Positions 39,327 through 49,022 of a stretch of DNA of 64,000 nt are shown one piece after another. The DNA is from a virus. The DNA lies in IMG/VR virus record IMGVR_UViG_3300008735_000002, positions 55,016-119,015 of that record. One strand, written 5' to 3'. Position 1 is the stretch's first letter; every line of letters starts with the position of its first letter. The position numbers and the translations under genes were made by a program. Under the pieces are notes generated by a model that worked only from the letters and a program-made list of their open reading frames with translations, was not told where the DNA came from and searched no databases.

Positions 39327-40170
39327 TTAATTCTTCTCCAGAGGTCAGCTCTTCCGTGAGCTTCATTAGGGTTAAGTATTTAGAAATCGAATCATCATCA
39401 AATCTATCCACATCTAAGTGTGCTACCTGCTCTTTAACTTTCTCCACCTGATTTGATAATACACTATTTTCGCAGATCAAAGAAAATTCATTTAGGGACC
39501 TCGATGTGTCCCCCTTAATTTTTTGTAAATGATTTTTGAATTGCTGATCGTTTTCTTCAGAAAAAACGTACTCTCTTAACAGCACCACTTGATTAGGCGA
39601 AAACGAGTCCCCAAATTTTTCCTCAATCTTCTTATGCATTATTTCTAAAACTAAGTGACTTGCAGATGGAGTCTTCAACTCTTCGATATGAGCGTTACTT
39701 TTTTCTTTCAAAAGATATGTGTGTAATTCGCCCTCAAACCGAGAAGAAACTACGAGATCGGGAGAAGATGAACGCCATTGAGACAAAAGAGTTTGCACAG
39801 TCGCAAACTCTTTGTAGTCGGGGACACGCCTATTATAGAAATCTCCTTCGCCTAAAATATAATTGATGTCCTTAATAAGCGCTGACTTTTGTTGTGTTAG
39901 AATCTTTACGTCCAAATTTCTTGCAGCTTGTTTGGCTTCTGAAATAATTGAAGACGCCAAAGCAGATGATGGAACTTCTGTTACCATCATCGCACGAAAC
40001 AAACGAAACTCTCGAAACAGCTCTGTTCCTGGACGAAAATGGCGCTGAAGTACATCAATCGCTTTCTTTGCTTTTCTTACTTTACCCTCCACTAGAGCCT
40101 CAGAAATATATTGAGACAGCTGAGCGAAAATAAGACCGACATTTCTTTTTTTATTGTGTTTAACTTTCAT
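39319..40170 (-). CDS. Hypothetical head-module protein
   Basis: 283 aa between portal and protease, overlapping both; begins MKVKHNKKRN. Confidence 0.75.
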   Translation of the reverse strand: MKVKHNKKRNVGLIFAQLSQYISEALVEGKVRKAKKAIDVLQRHFRPGTELFREFRLFRAMMVTEVPSSALASSIISEAKQAARNLDVKILTQQKSALIKDINYILGEGDFYNRRVPDYKEFATVQTLLSQWRSSSPDLVVSSRFEGELHTYLLKEKSNAHIEELKTPSASHLVLEIMHKKIEEKFGDSFSPNQVVLLREYVFSEENDQQFKNHLQKIKGDTSRSLNEFSLICENSVLSNQVEKVKEQVAHLDVDRFDDDSISKYLTLMKLTEELTSGEELNV

Positions 40171-42109
40171 CTATTTCTCCGGCATCGTATTCATCGAGGT
40201 CGAAATTGTCTTCCCCACTTAAACCCGCTTCGCTAAGAAGCACTCCGCCTTCAGGAGCAAGGATTGAAGATAATGATCTAAATGTTCCCCTTAATTCTGG
40301 CGTGATTACCGGCTTAACGCCGACATTCTTTTTATAAGTATTCCGGTCTTCCCATTCTGTCCCCTCGAACGTTGTGCGAAGGTAATCATCTCCAAAAGGT
40401 TTTCTCATAGAGTCTTGTGGTCGCTTATGAGTGACCATCGTACGAAAGTCTGGCATATGAGTTTTAAGTGGACCACCAGAAGATTTCTTGCTTTGATTCC
40501 TAACCGCTGACTGTGCTTTCAACGGGGCGTCTGGATCGTCGATCGATAATTTTGAAATGTCAATAATGTCATCTTCTTCATCTTCATCCGAGTCATCTTT
40601 TATTCTGTCTCCAGTCGCGGGAAGTGCTGTTAATAGTTGACCATCTTCTGGAACGTCAGCAGAGAATAGGCCGCCGCCGCCGGCTTCTTCGCCACCACCT
40701 TCTTCGCCGCCTTCTTCAGCTCCGGCACCCTCCACTTCAGCATCTTCGATCTTATCTTTCATCTTCCCTTCATGGATATCTTCGATCTGCTTATCAGTTA
40801 GTCCAAGAACCTGCTTTTGAACCCACCTACGATCTAACATTCCCTCGGGTACTTTACCTGCAATATCAAAGCGCTGAGATATTAATTCCAGCTTCTGCAT
40901 CTGTGCAATAGAAGATGGATTAGAAAGTTTCAGCTCAAAATCTATTAAGTCTTCAGCATCATAACCGTGCACATAAAGGTGGATCATCGCGATTTTGTTA
41001 AGCTCAGCGATCACTGTCTTTTGAATTCTTTGAATCGTGCGGCTAAAGCGTATATCTTCTTGAGCTAAGGTGGCTTTTGCACCAATCTCTTCATCGTAAC
41101 CAAGATACGCTCTTGGGATCTTCAGAGCAGCGAATAATTTCTTTTGAATATATTCGACGTCTTCAATCGCCGCCGTGTTCTGACCTCCTGCGAGGGTATC
41201 AATCTTGGTGCCTGAATCTCCACCACGGACTGGGATAAAATAATCTTCGTCAACTGATAATGGGTTGTAACGTAGATCGACCTTCCCTGATGTCTTATCA
41301 ACCACCTGGGATCTCTTTAACGTGCTTGTTGCTTGCTCAAGATAATCTGTGACATCTTCAGGAGCCACATTTCCTACGTCAATATAGAACACTCTACGCT
41401 CTGGAGCTCTGATGACTCGGTAAACCAGCATTGCATCTTCAATAAGAATCAACTGACGCCAAATGCGTCTTGCTGACTCGAGGACAGATGATCCGTATGG
41501 AAGAAATGCATCATTACCCAGAAGACGAAAGTGAGATACCTGCCAATTCTCTAGCACCGTATTTCCCTGTGTTAGCCACCGAAAGCGTACAGCACCAGGA
41601 TTCTCTGGATCGAAACCCTCTTCTCTTTCCATTTCAGCGATTGGGATGGGATAAGCATTCACAATCCCAAACTTCGGATCGACATCATTGAACAAAAAGA
41701 AATCACCGTACTTGCACAAATTACGAACCCACATGACCAAGTTAAACTCAAGGTTCAGGGTATCATAAAAAAGCGTTTCTAGCAACTCTTTCTTTAGTTC
41801 ATCTTCGCAAAAAATATGTAGTACTTTCCCATGTTCATCGGGACTGACAGTTTCTTCAGCGTATATGTCTAAAGCAGAAGCGATTTCTGGCGTGGCCTCC
41901 ATCTCAGCAAAGTCAGAATATCTTGACATCCTGTCAAATGAACCATACGCGCTGAGCGTATTATTGTACACATCATTATGGGCGCGCTTAAAAACCTCTG
42001 CAGCCGAAGACGAAAGACCTGGTACATTTTGACGTACCCTTCTTTTTACGACCGGTCCTGAACGGAACAGCTTCGTAAGTCTTTGAAATATATTTCCCTT
42101 ATCTGCCAT
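40160..42109 (-). CDS. g20: Portal protein (T4 gp20-like)
   Basis: PEIASALDIYAEE, W..L.L.EDAMLVYRVIRAPERRVFYIDVGN, EDYFIPVRGG..GT.I.TL.GG, L..P, acidic Gly-rich C-terminal region. Confidence 0.96.
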   Translation of the reverse strand: MADKGNIFQRLTKLFRSGPVVKRRVRQNVPGLSSSAAEVFKRAHNDVYNNTLSAYGSFDRMSRYSDFAEMEATPEIASALDIYAEETVSPDEHGKVLHIFCEDELKKELLETLFYDTLNLEFNLVMWVRNLCKYGDFFLFNDVDPKFGIVNAYPIPIAEMEREEGFDPENPGAVRFRWLTQGNTVLENWQVSHFRLLGNDAFLPYGSSVLESARRIWRQLILIEDAMLVYRVIRAPERRVFYIDVGNVAPEDVTDYLEQATSTLKRSQVVDKTSGKVDLRYNPLSVDEDYFIPVRGGDSGTKIDTLAGGQNTAAIEDVEYIQKKLFAALKIPRAYLGYDEEIGAKATLAQEDIRFSRTIQRIQKTVIAELNKIAMIHLYVHGYDAEDLIDFELKLSNPSSIAQMQKLELISQRFDIAGKVPEGMLDRRWVQKQVLGLTDKQIEDIHEGKMKDKIEDAEVEGAGAEEGGEEGGGEEAGGGGLFSADVPEDGQLLTALPATGDRIKDDSDEDEEDDIIDISKLSIDDPDAPLKAQSAVRNQSKKSSGGPLKTHMPDFRTMVTHKRPQDSMRKPFGDDYLRTTFEGTEWEDRNTYKKNVGVKPVITPELRGTFRSLSSILAPEGGVLLSEAGLSGEDNFDLDEYDAGEIDES

Positions 42110-42136
42110 TTAATTCCTCACCGATCATTATAAAAA

Positions 42137-43732
42137 TTAAAGCAACCACTTAAAATCTGCGCTGCCTGATATCAAGGGATGGGTATCGTCCATAGAGATT
42201 GGCATTCCTCTTGCAGTAAATATACCCACCTGTTGATTAAAGGGAGACATGTCCCTTTGCGGGGCCTCATTTTTTTTATTCATAGCGAAGCCAGCCAACA
42301 TTGCTGCGTTCATATCTACCTTCTTTACCTTACCACTTGATTTCGCATCATATAGCCAGAGCCCAATAGCTAAAGACATTACTAAGTCGTCATTTTTTCC
42401 ACGTTGAGCTTGAGCCTTATTGTTGGTCCAGATAAACGTCTTCATTTCATCTGCAAATCGAGAAGAATAAATCGATACCTTATTATTACGAAGCACTTCT
42501 TCTAACTTTGTAAGAATCTGAGCTCTGCTTGTTCCTTGTGTGGAGAAGCCGGCTTTCCCGATAGACCCATTTCCGTATAAGACGTTAAATTTGTCTTTCT
42601 CTTTCTTGAAATATATCTGCCGGCACCCTAGCTCTTGTAGCTTCATAAGTACCGCGTAGCCGTACGTATTACTTTCAGGACATATCATAGCATCGTCATA
42701 TCTCTTAGAGGCTTCCATCAATAAAAAAGCTAATTGGTCTGGAGGTACACGCCCCTTAAACTCTACCACCACTTCAGAAATCGTTGTGTCTATTACATGA
42801 AATGCAGAATAATCTCCCCCATCTCCCCTAGCAACATCTGCAGAAATTATATAGGAATGACCCTCAAGCGCGTACTTCCAGACCCAGACTCCATTATCTG
42901 GACCCCATTTTTCAAGCGGATGGCGAATCTGCATTCTTAATTTTTCTATATCTTCGGAAGATAAAAACGTTTCTCCAGATGCCTGGAAATCGCACAGCAG
43001 CTCTTGTGCTATTTGTTGACGATTTAAGTTCTTACTCTCATTTTGAAACCATGTGTCGTCTCTCTCGGGGTGTACATCCCAAGGAAGCTTTATGGCCTTG
43101 AATTCATTATCACCATTCACAGCATCGTGGTATATGTCGTAATATTGACCACCCGTACCGTTGGGGGTGCTAACAACAATCGCCCTACCACCCGTCGATA
43201 GGGTTGGGTATAGCCCCTTCCACAGCTCATCAAAGTTACGAATGAATGCTGCCTCGTCAACGATCAATAAACTTAACGCCTCGGAACGGCCGGCGTCATC
43301 AGAGGTTGGAACAGCCTTTATTGCGGAACCATTTGAAAATTCAATAGCCTGAGTATTCTTGGCAGTGATTTCAGTTATCCACATCCACTTAGGAATACCA
43401 GAGAGAGCAATCTTTACTTTCTTAATAAAGTTTTGAGCCACTGCTAGCTTTGTTGCGATAACAAGCACTGTCTTATCTTTACGAAATAAAGTCATCCACA
43501 CTGCGTACGCAGCAGTTAATGTTGATAGTCCAAGCTGTCTAGACTTTACAACAACACTATAACGATGATCGTTAAAGTACCCTAGACAATCATCCTGAAA
43601 TGGGAATGTATGAAAAGGGATTCGACCACGAATAGGATGCTGAATTTGGACATAGCGATTGATGAAATAAGACGGATCTTTCCCGCACTTTACAATCTCT
43701 GCGACTTGTTTCTGTTTGTTCAGAGGTGGCAT
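42137..43732 (-). CDS. g17: Terminase large subunit (T4 gp17-like)
   Basis: KSRQLGLST (Walker A variant), LLIVDEAAFI (Walker B), STPNG, ADVARG.G.DYSA, DDLVMS. Confidence 0.96.
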   Translation of the reverse strand: MPPLNKQKQVAEIVKCGKDPSYFINRYVQIQHPIRGRIPFHTFPFQDDCLGYFNDHRYSVVVKSRQLGLSTLTAAYAVWMTLFRKDKTVLVIATKLAVAQNFIKKVKIALSGIPKWMWITEITAKNTQAIEFSNGSAIKAVPTSDDAGRSEALSLLIVDEAAFIRNFDELWKGLYPTLSTGGRAIVVSTPNGTGGQYYDIYHDAVNGDNEFKAIKLPWDVHPERDDTWFQNESKNLNRQQIAQELLCDFQASGETFLSSEDIEKLRMQIRHPLEKWGPDNGVWVWKYALEGHSYIISADVARGDGGDYSAFHVIDTTISEVVVEFKGRVPPDQLAFLLMEASKRYDDAMICPESNTYGYAVLMKLQELGCRQIYFKKEKDKFNVLYGNGSIGKAGFSTQGTSRAQILTKLEEVLRNNKVSIYSSRFADEMKTFIWTNNKAQAQRGKNDDLVMSLAIGLWLYDAKSSGKVKKVDMNAAMLAGFAMNKKNEAPQRDMSPFNQQVGIFTARGMPISMDDTHPLISGSADFKWLL

Positions 43733-43738
43733 ACGACC

Positions 43739-44116
43739 TCAACTGACTTGGAGTCTCAACAAGCACCGATAATAAGCAATTTTTCTTGGGGAATTTGAAG
43801 TAGCTTGAATCAACTGGACGTCATCGTCTCTGGATACTTCTTTTAACGTTAAAGTCTTCCCCATAGAGTCCTTGAAATCAGCCTTCACTTTCTTTAAGAC
43901 ATCTTTGAATATGTCATTTGAAATCTCACGTTCACGAATCACCTGAGGATTCAGAGATCTTTCACCATCAAAATAGACGATAGACTGAGTCTGTAGATCT
44001 AACATATCTCCAGCCAGATGGTGTGTAACTTTAATCGATGATGGGTTCGTGCTCGACTTACCCCAAGTTGTGTTTAGGCATTCGCCTAACGCCCTGACTT
44101 CTTCTACTGTTAACAT
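43739..44116 (-). CDS. Hypothetical protein upstream of terminase
   Basis: 125-aa ORF with an AGGAG RBS. Confidence 0.7.
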   Translation of the reverse strand: MLTVEEVRALGECLNTTWGKSSTNPSSIKVTHHLAGDMLDLQTQSIVYFDGERSLNPQVIREREISNDIFKDVLKKVKADFKDSMGKTLTLKEVSRDDDVQLIQATSNSPRKIAYYRCLLRLQVS

Positions 44117-44118
44117 GT

Positions 44119-44358
44119 CTAAAGCTCCTCTTGCTTAATTATCCTGTCTTCCACTAACTTTTCTCTATACCTTGAAATATGTTCTTCAGAGGGGGAGAAA
44201 TCTTTATCTTCTTTTAATTTTCTCAACGGTTCTACTAACGAAATCCAACACTCCACGCAGCAGTTAGTCTCTAAATATTGCACGGAATCTTTCATATCCC
44301 GCATCATTAATTCACAGATAGGACAATCGAGAGGAACAAAGAAGCTATCACTCTGCAT
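44119..44358 (-). CDS. Small Cys-rich (CxxC...CxxC) putative zinc-binding protein
   Basis: CPICE and CCVECW. Start placed at ATG 44358, overlapping the end of the upstream gene. Confidence 0.6.
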   Translation of the reverse strand: MQSDSFFVPLDCPICELMMRDMKDSVQYLETNCCVECWISLVEPLRKLKEDKDFSPSEEHISRYREKLVEDRIIKQEEL

Positions 44359-47300
44359 ATCTAACCCTTGCGTCCTTCCCCGATTTTTGAATATCAATGA
44401 CGTTGTCGACGATATCTTTCACAGCATCAACATGCGAGATAATCAGAATATTAGTGAAATACTTCTTCAATGAAGTCAACAGCCTTGAGCAGGCTTCAAT
44501 ATTCTTATCATCAAGAGCGCCAAATCCCTCGTCAATTATTAACACATCGCTTCGCGGTGCATTGCAGATATTGATAAGCCCAACTCTTAGCGCAAGAGAT
44601 GCAATCATCTTTTCCATACCGGAGCCGCATTCGATAATGCGCTTGGAATCACCATAATCTATAAAAATATCCATGTTGTTGGAGTCAGGGTCTGCCTCAA
44701 GCGTTAATTCAAAATTAACGACGCCCTGTAGTATCTTGGTAAGCTCAGCATTGATCTGCGGAAGCTGTAATGAAAGAATCGTTAGGGGGATCCCCTTCTT
44801 ATCAACTGCCTGCATGAATGTGCTATACGTTTCCCATCTTGTCTTAATCGTGCTATAGCGCTCTCGTTCTTCATTAAGATTTTCTCTGACCTGTTTCGTC
44901 ACGCTAATCTGCTCAGTCAAATAAAGCCTTGATCCATCAAGCTCAGATATCCGATGCTCAATCGATGTAAGATCCTTTCGCATCTCTATAACTTCACCAT
45001 CTTTCTCTTCATCTATAGATCGCAATCGCATTTCACGCAGTGCTTCTTTTCCAGCGAGCAAAGAAGTAACAAGCTCTTGATGGTCCGACTCAGATTCTTT
45101 CATGGAGAGTTTCATCTCTGAATTCTCTAACTTTAACGTCTGCTCTTGCTGCAACAGACCCTCATATTTCTTAAGCTTCTGATCGACACCTGCGGAAAGT
45201 AGAGAATCTAGATTCGACTTGACTGCCCTCAACTCTTTGCGCACATTCGTTACGATCTCTTTCTGACCGTCTAACTCCCTAGAGCTTTTGTGCGCATCTT
45301 TGATGTACGGACATTTTGGGAACTCATCCCCACATGGAACGCTCTCAAGCTTTTTTGCCAGCTTTTTCTTTGAATTTAATTTCTGAATCTCCAAATTCAA
45401 GCCTGCTTCGATAAGTTCACATTGACTTCTTAATTCATTCTTAAGCACTGCTTGTGCTCTTAACTCATCAATCGGAAACTGGTCTTTGATAATCGCAATT
45501 TTCTCCAGCCTCTTCGATATCGCATCTCTTTCAGTCGATAGCTCTATTATCTTGTTGCGTGCTGTATGCTTCTTTGTTTCAAGCACGTTAAGCTTCTCAA
45601 CTTGCTCTTCTAGTTGCACCTTTGTATATTTTCCTGATGTGGGTAAAGCAGCCAATCTAATCTTAAGATCATCCCTCTTTTCCTTCAACTCTTCCAGCTC
45701 ATCTTCTACCTCTTTTTTCTCATCAGCAAAGCTCTCCAAAGATTCGTCCTGTTCGCATATCAGGATCTTCCAATTTTTATCTGGAGCAGACTTCATTTCT
45801 CCTCGCAATTCTGACATTTCATTTTTTGCGATCTTTAACATTTCATCAAAAATCTGAAGATCTAGAAAACGAGTAAGAATAGCTTTTCTACGAGTTGAGC
45901 CCTCGCGTATAAACGCGTTCATTTCTCCCTGTGACGCAAAGGATGTCATAAGAAAATCATCAACACTGCCAACGAGCGTTTTTAAGACTTTCTCTGTTTC
46001 CCTCCTTTGCTCACCAGTGTTGTCTTCTATCTGCTCACCGCTTGCGTCTAACTTAAGCAGGTTGAGATTAGTCGGGGCAGAGACAGCTCCTTTTCTGTTA
46101 GTGCGCTTAATTGTCTGGCGGTCTGCTCGATATAGCTCTCCCCCTACAGAGAAATCCACAGTAGCGCGACAAAATGTCTTTCGATTATTTACAACATGGA
46201 GATTTTTTAAGACCCCTCTGTCAGTAGAATTAAATAGTGAATAAACTAATGTACCGGGTATCGAGGACTTGCCGCACCTGTTCTTTCCAAAAATACCAGT
46301 GATCCCATTCAAGACGTCAAAGTCTATTATGTTTCCCTCACCATATCCGAAAGTGTTATCAAAAGCCAGCTTTCTCAATCTCCACTGGTGAGACTTGTGA
46401 ATTACCTGCTGCACACATCGCTTAAAAATATCTTTGTGTAATTGTCTTAAGAGGTCTCTATCTTCTTCAGGCATTTCAAGCTTAGAAACAAAATCGCTCA
46501 TAAGCTTATCTTGCTGCGTGAAGTTCCTTAGATCATTGCGACTAATCTTTCCAATACTTGTACTAATCTCTACTTCGGAACCAGTGAATGATGAAGCTTC
46601 ATTTTTTGAAACAACTTCATACGCGGCAAACCTCTCCTTAAGCGCGGCCTGAAGTTGCCTAAAATCTAACTGATTTATTCCGCTGTGCGCGATCCTGAAT
46701 CTAGAACCAGACCATTCATCAGGTATCTGATCTAACGTCTCTACGACATCGCCTTGCCAGGCTATGGTTCGAAATGAGTGTGGATTGTGTAGAGGGATAA
46801 ACTGCACATCAAAATCATCTTTGCTCTTGATATGCCAAAATAAAAATCCTTTCTCGACATCTTCCCCGTAATTTTGCTGAATGGTAGAGCCAGGATACGC
46901 GACCTTCTCAGTCAGAAATTGTCTCTTATGAATATCTCCCAGCAGCGCATAATCATAATCTTTAAAGAAATCGACCTTAATAGTGTCGCCATTAATTTCC
47001 CAATCTTGATCTGTAAGTGAGCCATTCACAGGCCCATGATAGAGCGCCAGATTGACCCCTTCTGGTGGGGGTGTTAGTTCACCCCAAGACTTCTCGTCAA
47101 AGCAACAGAAGGTACACCAGTTGTATCCGTCGACCCCTGTAGGATAAACGCCGGTACCCTTCATTAACTGAATACGATCGTTATTCATAGTGTTGATAAT
47201 CGGAGTGATCGCGTCGAGGCGGTCTTCATTCAACATAAGCCCGTCATGATTACCTAAGATAACATGCACAGGAGCTATTTCAGCTAATGAAGTAAACCAC

Positions 47301-47494
47301 CAGCGCAAAATCTCAATTAGCTCCGGGCTTATACCCTGTGTCTTTGAGTGGACGATATCTCCACCCAGAAAAATAACATCTGGCTGAAGATCTTGAAGCT
47401 TTTCAAAGGACTGCTGAAATACTTTTCGATATTCATCATGACGTGTCAACCCTCTGAAATGTATATCTGCAAAATGCGCACACTTAAAAGACAA
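44348..47494 (-). CDS. Fused Mre11/SbcD nuclease - Rad50/SbcC ATPase (T4 gp47-gp46 fusion)
   Basis: Phosphoesterase motifs DIH, GGDIVH, GNHD, GDIH. These are followed in the same ORF by Walker A GKNRCGKS, a coiled coil, the signature GSGMEK and Walker B IIDEGFGALD. Confidence 0.92.
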   Translation of the reverse strand: MSFKCAHFADIHFRGLTRHDEYRKVFQQSFEKLQDLQPDVIFLGGDIVHSKTQGISPELIEILRWWFTSLAEIAPVHVILGNHDGLMLNEDRLDAITPIINTMNNDRIQLMKGTGVYPTGVDGYNWCTFCCFDEKSWGELTPPPEGVNLALYHGPVNGSLTDQDWEINGDTIKVDFFKDYDYALLGDIHKRQFLTEKVAYPGSTIQQNYGEDVEKGFLFWHIKSKDDFDVQFIPLHNPHSFRTIAWQGDVVETLDQIPDEWSGSRFRIAHSGINQLDFRQLQAALKERFAAYEVVSKNEASSFTGSEVEISTSIGKISRNDLRNFTQQDKLMSDFVSKLEMPEEDRDLLRQLHKDIFKRCVQQVIHKSHQWRLRKLAFDNTFGYGEGNIIDFDVLNGITGIFGKNRCGKSSIPGTLVYSLFNSTDRGVLKNLHVVNNRKTFCRATVDFSVGGELYRADRQTIKRTNRKGAVSAPTNLNLLKLDASGEQIEDNTGEQRRETEKVLKTLVGSVDDFLMTSFASQGEMNAFIREGSTRRKAILTRFLDLQIFDEMLKIAKNEMSELRGEMKSAPDKNWKILICEQDESLESFADEKKEVEDELEELKEKRDDLKIRLAALPTSGKYTKVQLEEQVEKLNVLETKKHTARNKIIELSTERDAISKRLEKIAIIKDQFPIDELRAQAVLKNELRSQCELIEAGLNLEIQKLNSKKKLAKKLESVPCGDEFPKCPYIKDAHKSSRELDGQKEIVTNVRKELRAVKSNLDSLLSAGVDQKLKKYEGLLQQEQTLKLENSEMKLSMKESESDHQELVTSLLAGKEALREMRLRSIDEEKDGEVIEMRKDLTSIEHRISELDGSRLYLTEQISVTKQVRENLNEERERYSTIKTRWETYSTFMQAVDKKGIPLTILSLQLPQINAELTKILQGVVNFELTLEADPDSNNMDIFIDYGDSKRIIECGSGMEKMIASLALRVGLINICNAPRSDVLIIDEGFGALDDKNIEACSRLLTSLKKYFTNILIISHVDAVKDIVDNVIDIQKSGKDARVRYAE

Positions 47495-47506
47495 AATTCA
47501 CTCCCT

Positions 47507-48481
47507 TCATATCAATGATCCAGACTTTATCTTACTAATCATACTCATCAACCTGTCCATCTCTGTCCATTGCTTTGCATTTGGCAACATTTTATTGAAT
47601 TCACCCAAGGGCATTTCACCCACATCTTCGTAGGGAGTAACATCTAGAATTTTAACCGATACATCAAACGAGCTCAAGAGTCTCGCGATGTCTTGCGTCT
47701 TTTTGCTGGCATCAGGATCTAGCGCAAGAATAGTAGGCGTCTTATTTTGAACAATACGTTGAAATAGCGAGTGCTTTTCGTTTAACGAGCTTCCTAAAAG
47801 GCATGTGCAATTTTGATTTGCTTTCATAAGGTCAAAGGGACCCTCTACAATCGTCAATTCTTTTGTCCAATCTATGTTCATTTCATTAAAAATGATCTCA
47901 CTTCTCTTTACACGAGGGTTGATATATTTCCGACCAGCATCAGTGTCAATAGATCTCGCCGTAAAATAGTTCAATACACCCTCTGAGTCAAAGGAAGGAA
48001 TGATGATCCTTCGACGATATCTTCCCGAAGAAACTGCGCCCAACCGAAAATACCACAAATCTTTTTGAGCAAACCCTCTAGTCAACAAATAGTTTTTGCA
48101 TGCTCTTAAATCAGGGTCTGCGCTTCCATTCAGTGTTGCCAATAGTCTAAAATTATCTGGAAGCGCTATCGCTGGTAATTGCTCTTCTTCTTTCTCTGCT
48201 ACTCTCTTCTCGAAAATCGAACTAGCAGCCTCTAGATATCGAGGCTTATAAATCTTAAAAAATCGAACTAAACCTCGGCCACGCAAACCGCAGACCCAGC
48301 AATGATAAAACTCATTATCCACCCTAAGCGTGAGCTTCTTTTTTGCTGGTTTCCCAAATGAAGAGCAGTTTTTGTTAACACAGCCTACAGCAACATTCAC
48401 CCCATCTCTATCCATGATGGAAGTTCCGAAAGCACGCTGGATTAAATTTACTCTTTTTCTTATTAGGTGGTCATCACTCAT
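47507..48481 (-). CDS. DNA primase (Zn-ribbon plus TOPRIM)
   Basis: CVNKNC...YHCWVCG, RIIIPSF...YF.AR, IVEGPFD, LDPDA. Confidence 0.88.
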   Translation of the reverse strand: MSDDHLIRKRVNLIQRAFGTSIMDRDGVNVAVGCVNKNCSSFGKPAKKKLTLRVDNEFYHCWVCGLRGRGLVRFFKIYKPRYLEAASSIFEKRVAEKEEEQLPAIALPDNFRLLATLNGSADPDLRACKNYLLTRGFAQKDLWYFRLGAVSSGRYRRRIIIPSFDSEGVLNYFTARSIDTDAGRKYINPRVKRSEIIFNEMNIDWTKELTIVEGPFDLMKANQNCTCLLGSSLNEKHSLFQRIVQNKTPTILALDPDASKKTQDIARLLSSFDVSVKILDVTPYEDVGEMPLGEFNKMLPNAKQWTEMDRLMSMISKIKSGSLI

Positions 48482-49022
48482 TTTTCACACAAGAAGCAGC
48501 TATAACATAAGCATCTGATATATCATAACAACCATCTGCGAAGAGTACAAGACCTTTTCTAGGGCCTGATTTCATAGTCTTCATAGGCCAGTCGTAACCA
48601 GGCAATCTCGCTTTAACAAAATCAAATACCTGTTCTTTTGTCGAAAGGGAAGATTTTCTGTCTATTTTAAGTCCAACAAGCTTTCGTGCGTGATTTACGT
48701 TAATGAAGTCTGGAACAATACCGAATATATCGTGAGAATATAAGCTGACCATCCCGTTAAACCGTGCTAGTGATACCAGGGTTTTTGCACTTGAGAATCC
48801 AGGGCGGAATGCTTGAAGATTCTCTTCAATCGCAACATAGTCAACCCGGTGCGTACGCTCAAGCGACTTAAGCTCATTAAAGACGTTCGTTGCTTTATGA
48901 AATACGCACTTTATCTTTTTAAGATCAATAGCACCAGCAGATACAAACTCGTTAGTATCCTTATCTAAAATGCACCACCCCACTACAGACGTGGAAATAT
49001 CTAACCCTAATACAAGCGACAC
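48474..49022 (-). CDS. RuvC-like Holliday junction resolvase
   Basis: VLGLDISTSVVGW, VAIEE and DISDAYVIA give the RNase H-fold acidic residues. Confidence 0.8.
   Translation of the reverse strand: MSLVLGLDISTSVVGWCILDKDTNEFVSAGAIDLKKIKCVFHKATNVFNELKSLERTHRVDYVAIEENLQAFRPGFSSAKTLVSLARFNGMVSLYSHDIFGIVPDFINVNHARKLVGLKIDRKSSLSTKEQVFDFVKARLPGYDWPMKTMKSGPRKGLVLFADGCYDISDAYVIAASCVKNE

Noticed and set aside
42137-43732. Inteins, introns or homing endonucleases in terminase, RecA, helicase or PolA
   Set aside because: Protein lengths and motif spacing are continuous. I saw no splice-junction, LAGLIDADG or HNH motifs.
43730-43745. In-frame TGA between the 125-aa ORF and terminase (possible readthrough)
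   Set aside because: The spacer TGAGGTCGTATG contains a Shine-Dalgarno, so ordinary translational coupling explains it.
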